A stretch of 20,000 nucleotides of DNA, taken from an uncultured virus (IMG/VR IMGVR_UViG_3300001605_000032). Taxonomy: Duplodnaviria; Heunggongvirae; Uroviricota; Caudoviricetes. A program made the position numbers and the translations under genes. The notes beneath the pieces were generated by a model, which was given only the letters and a program-made list of their open reading frames with translations, was not told the DNA's origin and did no database searches. Each line of letters opens with the position of its first letter. Position 1 is the stretch's first letter. Positions 15,907-20,000 of this stretch are shown in pieces. The stretch lies in the IMG/VR virus record IMGVR_UViG_3300001605_000032, positions 48,779 to 68,778 of that record; one strand, written 5' to 3'.

Positions 15907-16041
15907 TTAAGAGATCAGCGGGGCAGGCCGGGCTTGATACCGGCTCGGGGCTTGGCGGTGCTGTTGACACCCCAGGGAACCAGCCCGCATTCGACGTTCC
16001 CGCGTGTCCTTCCACGCCGCTGCCCCGCTGATCTCTCTTAA
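15907..16041 (-). ncRNA. Candidate tRNA-like cloverleaf RNA (non-canonical, no CCA)
   Basis: Perfect 17-bp closing stem 15910-26/16020-36 enclosing D-like, anticodon-like, variable and T-like arms. Confidence 0.65.
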
Positions 16042-16189
16042 TCACTCGGCGGGCGACTAGCCCACCACGCGCCAACGGCAAATCCAGCGCTTACCCCTAA
16101 ACAAAATACAGCCAACATCTGCAGCCAGTCATACATGATCGCCCCGCAGATGTCGAACAGTCTCAGTGCAATATGTACTGGACAGCGTT

Positions 16190-17062
16190 CTACAAATCAA
16201 TGCCGTAGTGAGCGACAAGCCGCTCCAACCCACACTTTATCATCGCCGCGCCGGCAGCAGACGCCTGCACGGGTGACTTGTAGCCAAGGCACGCACGGCC
16301 AGCGTCTTCCAGGGACGGCGTGCGCTCTACTGCCATGTAGTCCTCGCACACCAGCACCAGCATCCAGTGCAGGGTATCGCCGGGCATCGGCTTGCCGGTC
16401 ACGGGGCATTTGGCGATGCCGATGGCTTCGCACGCCTTCCACCAACGCTTGTGGGCGTCGTAGCGGCGATCCTCGGGGCCTGGCACCTCAAACTCGCGGC
16501 CGAACTTGTCGTAGTAGTAGCGCGGAGCCTGTTGAGATGCAGGCGTACCGCCGCCGCTGGTCAACTCACCATAGCGCGCAGTGACGCTAGGGCCACGATG
16601 GCCCATGACAAAATCGCGATAGAACTGGCGCGCGGCTTCCATGTAGGCTCCCGCGTAATCCTTGCCGATCTGGCCGCGCCGAACCATGGCCTCGACGATG
16701 GGCACGTGGCGCCATACGTCCGCCTTGGCATCTCGCCCCGCACCGACCGACACGTTGACGTGCTCGAACATGCCACGGGATGCCACACGCTCTGGCGTTG
16801 GGGCATTGGTGTCGGGAGCATCGGCGGTGCTGCCGTCGCCGTCCATCAGGCCAAGCGGATCGCCAGCACGACGGAGCTTCAGAGTTGCAGTGCGAACGCG
16901 CCGATCGGCGGCGTCGGCATCGTCCAGCAGATCGACAATCGCAGCACGTATGGCGGCTGCAATCTCGGGCTCCAGTTCCCCCGTAGGGGCAAGCCCAATC
17001 TCGTCGTCGCTTGCGCACAGGTGATCGTCCTGCGGCGCCAGCATGGCGTCCAGGGTGGTCAT
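16190..17062 (-). CDS. DUF6456-like (GafA/GafZ-related) putative late-gene activator/antiterminator (290 aa from ATG 17062)
   Basis: AGGA RBS before ATG 17062; motifs MVRRGQI...AARQFYRDF, VTARYG, LVLVCED and C-terminal GLERLVAHYG match my recollection of the alphaproteobacterial DUF6456 family; upstream of the packaging operon. Confidence 0.65.
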   Translation of the reverse strand: MTTLDAMLAPQDDHLCASDDEIGLAPTGELEPEIAAAIRAAIVDLLDDADAADRRVRTATLKLRRAGDPLGLMDGDGSTADAPDTNAPTPERVASRGMFEHVNVSVGAGRDAKADVWRHVPIVEAMVRRGQIGKDYAGAYMEAARQFYRDFVMGHRGPSVTARYGELTSGGGTPASQQAPRYYYDKFGREFEVPGPEDRRYDAHKRWWKACEAIGIAKCPVTGKPMPGDTLHWMLVLVCEDYMAVERTPSLEDAGRACLGYKSPVQASAAGAAMIKCGLERLVAHYGIDL

Positions 17063-17299
17063 GTCAGGTTTCCTGAGTTGTAAGGGCGGCGCCGCCCTAA
17101 GAGGGCTGCAAGTTGATGGTGTCGCCAAGTATCTGGCGAGCACACACGATGTACGCGCTGCACATCTTGTACTTGCTATTTGTACGACGTAGACTTGCTC
17201 TATCTCGCTCCAACTCGATGACTCTCGATTGTAATACTTAGTCCGACAGACGCAGCAATACACAATCATCACGGCGGTGAAATAGATAACGTNCCTCAT

Positions 17300-17566
17300 T
17301 TTACTTACGCCTTGCAGAGCGATGATCAGGCGGACGGCTGGATCGCTCAGAAGAAGTCCCCNANGTGCTACCAGACCCAATGCCAGCCATCTCACGAACT
17401 CCTTCAAGAGATCGATGTCCNGCTTCCATTGCTCCAAGTGCTCGATGCGGCGCCCGTGGTCCTTCGTACTGCCCACGACGCCGTTCGTGCCGTTGTAGCC
17501 CCACATCGCATCCTGAAGACGCGCCAAAAGCACGTCCTTCCAGGAATTGTCGGATTGCTCGCTCAT
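17300..17566 (-). CDS. Holin-like small membrane protein (3' end uncertain; frame stays open into the next gene)
   Basis: GAGGGG RBS; GxNGxxG...RIEHLE coiled coil followed by hydrophobic WLALGLVAxxGLLL; contains ambiguous bases. Confidence 0.5.
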
Positions 17567-17578
17567 GAGCGTGCCCCT

Positions 17579-17995
17579 CTACCATCCAACCACTCCTGAA
17601 ATCATGCCTCCGATGAGAGCGCCGACGATAATGCCAGCCACCGTCGCAGGGACCGCCATGCGTCCGAGCGCGGGATAGGCCGCGATCGAAAGCACTGCAC
17701 CGCCGAACCCAAGCGCAACGATGTTGCAGATCAAAGGTATCAGGACGTTGGACGCCATAATTTCGGATGCGGCATGCAGGTCGAGCGATCTTAGAGCCCA
17801 CCTCACATGCCACCATGAAAGCCTGACAGCCCATGCCGCCATGAACACGGACAGGCAGAGCAGGATCGCCGCGCTTGGCATCGTGATGTCACCGCCGATG
17901 ACTGATCGCGCGCGCATGGAAAGAGCCAACGCCAAGCCGGCGAGCATCATGACCATCGGGAATTGCAGCGCGGTGTGGATCGCCTCAAGGTCCAT
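17579..17995 (-). CDS. Membrane protein with about four TM segments in the lysis cassette (138 aa), possible holin/antiholin
   Basis: Four hydrophobic stretches; starts 2 bp after the spanin stop. Confidence 0.65.
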   Translation of the reverse strand: MDLEAIHTALQFPMVMMLAGLALALSMRARSVIGGDITMPSAAILLCLSVFMAAWAVRLSWWHVRWALRSLDLHAASEIMASNVLIPLICNIVALGFGGAVLSIAAYPALGRMAVPATVAGIIVGALIGGMISGVVGW

Positions 17996-17997
17996 CT

Positions 17998-18294
17998 CTA
18001 ATTCTCACCTCGCGCCGTCTTGATATACCCCTGAAGACTGCGTAGGCGCGCCGTCTCGCGGAAATATTGCTGGCGCAACTTCAAGTGCGCCAGCACCAGG
18101 TCATCCCCTGGCTTTACCTGGCCGGCCGGCTCAGGGGGTGTCATCAGTCTGGCACTAGGTGGTGCCGGGGGTGGCAAGCCAGTGGCACAACCTGCGAGTA
18201 GTGACACCACAGCCATGACAGGGGGTGTCATCCATTTACGGTTGAGAATGCAGCGGGGTGCCGTGTGGCGCGCGCTGCCGCATAGGGTGCACAT
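17998..18294 (-). CDS. o-spanin-like (Rz1-like) lipoprotein with an N-terminal CCHC zinc knuckle (98 aa)
   Basis: GGGAGG RBS; TGATG overlap with the i-spanin stop; lipobox LAGC followed by a Pro-rich segment; N-terminus CTLCGSARHTAPRC. Confidence 0.75.
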   Translation of the reverse strand: MCTLCGSARHTAPRCILNRKWMTPPVMAVVSLLAGCATGLPPPAPPSARLMTPPEPAGQVKPGDDLVLAHLKLRQQYFRETARLRSLQGYIKTARGEN

Positions 18295-18587
18295 CACTGC
18301 ACAATCCTCCCTAGTGCCCGTGCCATGGTGTCGGTGACGACGCACTTATCTGCCGAGCCAAGATCGGCCAGCGCCCGACGATAGCCCTCGTCGCGCAGCG
18401 TATCGGCCTCGACCGCCGCTTGATCATCGCGTTGGTTGTACGACTTGATGGCAGCGTTGGCCGCGATCAGTTCGCGCTCGATCTTTGCCATCCGGTGAGC
18501 ATTAACGCCGTTCCGGTCGCCCCATGCCACCAGATAGATGACCAGTGCAGCGGCAACTCCGAGCTTCAGATAGGTAAGCCACGTCAT
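18294..18587 (-). CDS. i-spanin-like (Rz-like) protein (97 aa)
   Basis: N-terminal TM helix, coiled coil and a C-terminal Cys; lies between the endolysin and the lipoprotein. Confidence 0.7.
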   Translation of the reverse strand: MTWLTYLKLGVAAALVIYLVAWGDRNGVNAHRMAKIERELIAANAAIKSYNQRDDQAAVEADTLRDEGYRRALADLGSADKCVVTDTMARALGRIVQ

Positions 18588-19597
18588 GTGCCGCCCCCCT
18601 TGCTGGCGGCGGGGAAATACCGGCCGCTCACCAGATCGACGATCACGCGGCGGATGATGAACCGGCCGCGCCAGACGAGATAGGCACCCATCGCTATCAG
18701 GAAGAGGCCGAAGTGCTGCTTCATGAACCCGCTGAACTGAGCGAGACCCGCCGTCACAGTGTTGAGCGCGGTGATCTGGCTTGAGACCTCCGCCAGCTTG
18801 TCGGCACCTTCTGCTACCGCCCCAACCGTAATCGCCGCGCCACCCACTGCCTGGATCTCGGCTCCGGCTTTGGCCTTAGACGATACCTGCGTGACCTCGG
18901 ATGTCGTGACCGTGGGCGTGTCTGCACCAGGGAACCTTGGCCAGATAGCCTTGGCCTTCGCCAGATACTTCTTGCGACTCTCCAGCCCGTTGTATCCGCC
19001 ATTGATTCGCTTGGTGATGGACTTGATGTCGTCGCGAGCGGCCAGTTCGTTGCAGTTCTTCTCGTCCCACTCCCTGAACGATCCTCGGAGCGCGGCGTAG
19101 GGCGAATGATCCCCCATCAGCAGCCGTTCGTGATCGCGCCGGCCGGTGATTTGCATCGGGCCAAAGCCGCGATACTTGTACCCATCGCCCGGCTCTAGGT
19201 TGCCAAGCTCGATCGCCTTTTTGGGATTGCCCTGACCGTAGACGCGCTCAAACAAAGCCTTGGCCCGCGCCTCGCCGCGCATGGAGCCGATGGCGTGGGC
19301 TTCCTCGATGGAGACCTTGGCCGAGTGCCGCCCGATCCCAAAAATCTCCATAATCCGCTTGGCCGAGTACGCGCCGCTCTCCCAAAGTATCGTAAACCCA
19401 CCGCTTTCATGAGCAACTTGAGCCATGAAGTGCTGTAGTTCCAGCGCCGTGTCGATTCCGAACTCCGCGCACAGTTCGCCGCCATGGTTTACCAGCGCAT
19501 CGGCATAGACATCCCATGTCGACGCCTTGTCGCCAGCGGCCGGACGGGGTGCCAGCGTATGCAGGTCATCGCGCTTCAGCATCGAAAGACCCCCCAT
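18584..19597 (-). CDS. Glycoside hydrolase family 19 endolysin with a C-terminal membrane segment (start may be ATG 19582)
   Basis: HFMAQVAHESGGF, GNLEPGDGYKYRGFGPMQITGR and ITKRINGGYNGLESR motifs; hydrophobic tail FGLFLIAMGAYLVW. Confidence 0.9.
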   Translation of the reverse strand: MGGLSMLKRDDLHTLAPRPAAGDKASTWDVYADALVNHGGELCAEFGIDTALELQHFMAQVAHESGGFTILWESGAYSAKRIMEIFGIGRHSAKVSIEEAHAIGSMRGEARAKALFERVYGQGNPKKAIELGNLEPGDGYKYRGFGPMQITGRRDHERLLMGDHSPYAALRGSFREWDEKNCNELAARDDIKSITKRINGGYNGLESRKKYLAKAKAIWPRFPGADTPTVTTSEVTQVSSKAKAGAEIQAVGGAAITVGAVAEGADKLAEVSSQITALNTVTAGLAQFSGFMKQHFGLFLIAMGAYLVWRGRFIIRRVIVDLVSGRYFPAASKGGGT

Positions 19598-19962
19598 TCG
19601 TTGAGTTGCGCCACTGCGGCATCGATCCCGGCTGCCACTGCCGCGTCAGCGCCAGCTCGCTTGAATGCGGCCAGCATCGCGGTCTGTTCCGCTGATGCCC
19701 GGCCCTTGATACGTTTCAGTTCCAAACCGAAGGTGCGCCCCTCGCAGATCAGCACCAGGTCAGGGATGCCGGCGACCATGCCCATCGACCTGAGCTTGGC
19801 GCCTTCGTTCTTGGTTCGCTTGCCTTCGTTCGGCGTGTGCCAATAGAGCAGTCCCGGTCTGCCGCGCAGTCGCAGATGATCCAACACGGCACGGTGCACC
19901 TGCGCCTCGGTCGCGTGTGGCGCGACGGGCGGTTTCTTTCGTCTCGGCATGGTGTCACCCAT
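19576..19962 (-). CDS. VRR-NUC (PD-(D/E)xK) nuclease, Holliday-junction-resolvase-like
   Basis: TEAQVH, HTPNEG, GMVAGIPDL, LELK and GRASAEQ motifs. Confidence 0.9.
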   Translation of the reverse strand: MGDTMPRRKKPPVAPHATEAQVHRAVLDHLRLRGRPGLLYWHTPNEGKRTKNEGAKLRSMGMVAGIPDLVLICEGRTFGLELKRIKGRASAEQTAMLAAFKRAGADAAVAAGIDAAVAQLNEWGVFRC

Positions 19963-20000
19963 AAAGAGGGGCGGCCCGAGCGGGACGGGGGCAGCCGCTC

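Noticed and set aside
15907..16041. Canonical tRNA gene or twister ribozyme (GCCGGUAUCAAGCCCGG resembles a twister loop)
   Set aside because: No UUC T-loop, standard anticodon loop or CCA for a tRNA. The twister cleavage-site strand and pseudoknot partners are not in the right positions.
15788..16081. 97-aa minus-strand and 89-aa plus-strand ORFs in the leader region
   Set aside because: Non-ATG starts, no protein-like features, and the region is better explained by RNA pairing.
16175..16190. Alphaproteobacterial LexA box (GTAC...GTTC)
   Set aside because: Spacer is 8 nt rather than the expected 7.
17293..17421. Cluster of four N bases as a diversity-generating-retroelement variable region
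   Set aside because: No template repeat or reverse transcriptase in the window; low coverage or strain mixing is simpler.
214..19846. Numerous plus-strand ORFs in the track (e.g. 8788..9822, 3002..3808, 16367..17083)
   Set aside because: They are antisense shadows of well-supported minus-strand genes in GC-rich DNA and show no recognisable motifs.
1..20000. CRISPR array, integrase/att site, IS element, intron or intein, prohead protease
   Set aside because: No regularly spaced repeats or recognisable motifs seen; TerL, portal and capsid genes appear uninterrupted.

Overview
A 20 kb stretch of a GC-rich tailed bacteriophage or prophage, most likely infecting an alphaproteobacterium. Every credible gene is on the minus strand. 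In transcription order (right to left): VRR-NUC nuclease; lysis cassette (GH19 endolysin with a C-terminal membrane segment, i-spanin, o-spanin lipoprotein, two membrane proteins); a DUF6456/GafA-GafZ-like putative late regulator; a ~520 bp non-coding region packed with RNA structures; small accessory ORFs; TerS and TerL; more small ORFs including a stand-alone polyvalent-type inorganic-pyrophosphatase-fold protein; then a large portal, a phage GroES, scaffold, decoration protein, major capsid protein, a beta-helix head-fibre-like protein and further virion proteins running off the left edge. Most notable: (i) a tRNA-like cloverleaf with a 17-bp closing stem and no CCA end, a pseudoknot-capable RNA element and a terminator-like hairpin directly downstream of the putative antiterminator; (ii) a paralog of a core head-module protein that carries a twin-arginine (Tat) signal; (iii) an o-spanin-like lipoprotein whose signal peptide starts with an exact CCHC zinc knuckle; (iv) two basic proteins sharing (K/R)AxGG motifs. 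All family calls come from motif recognition by eye; no searches were run.
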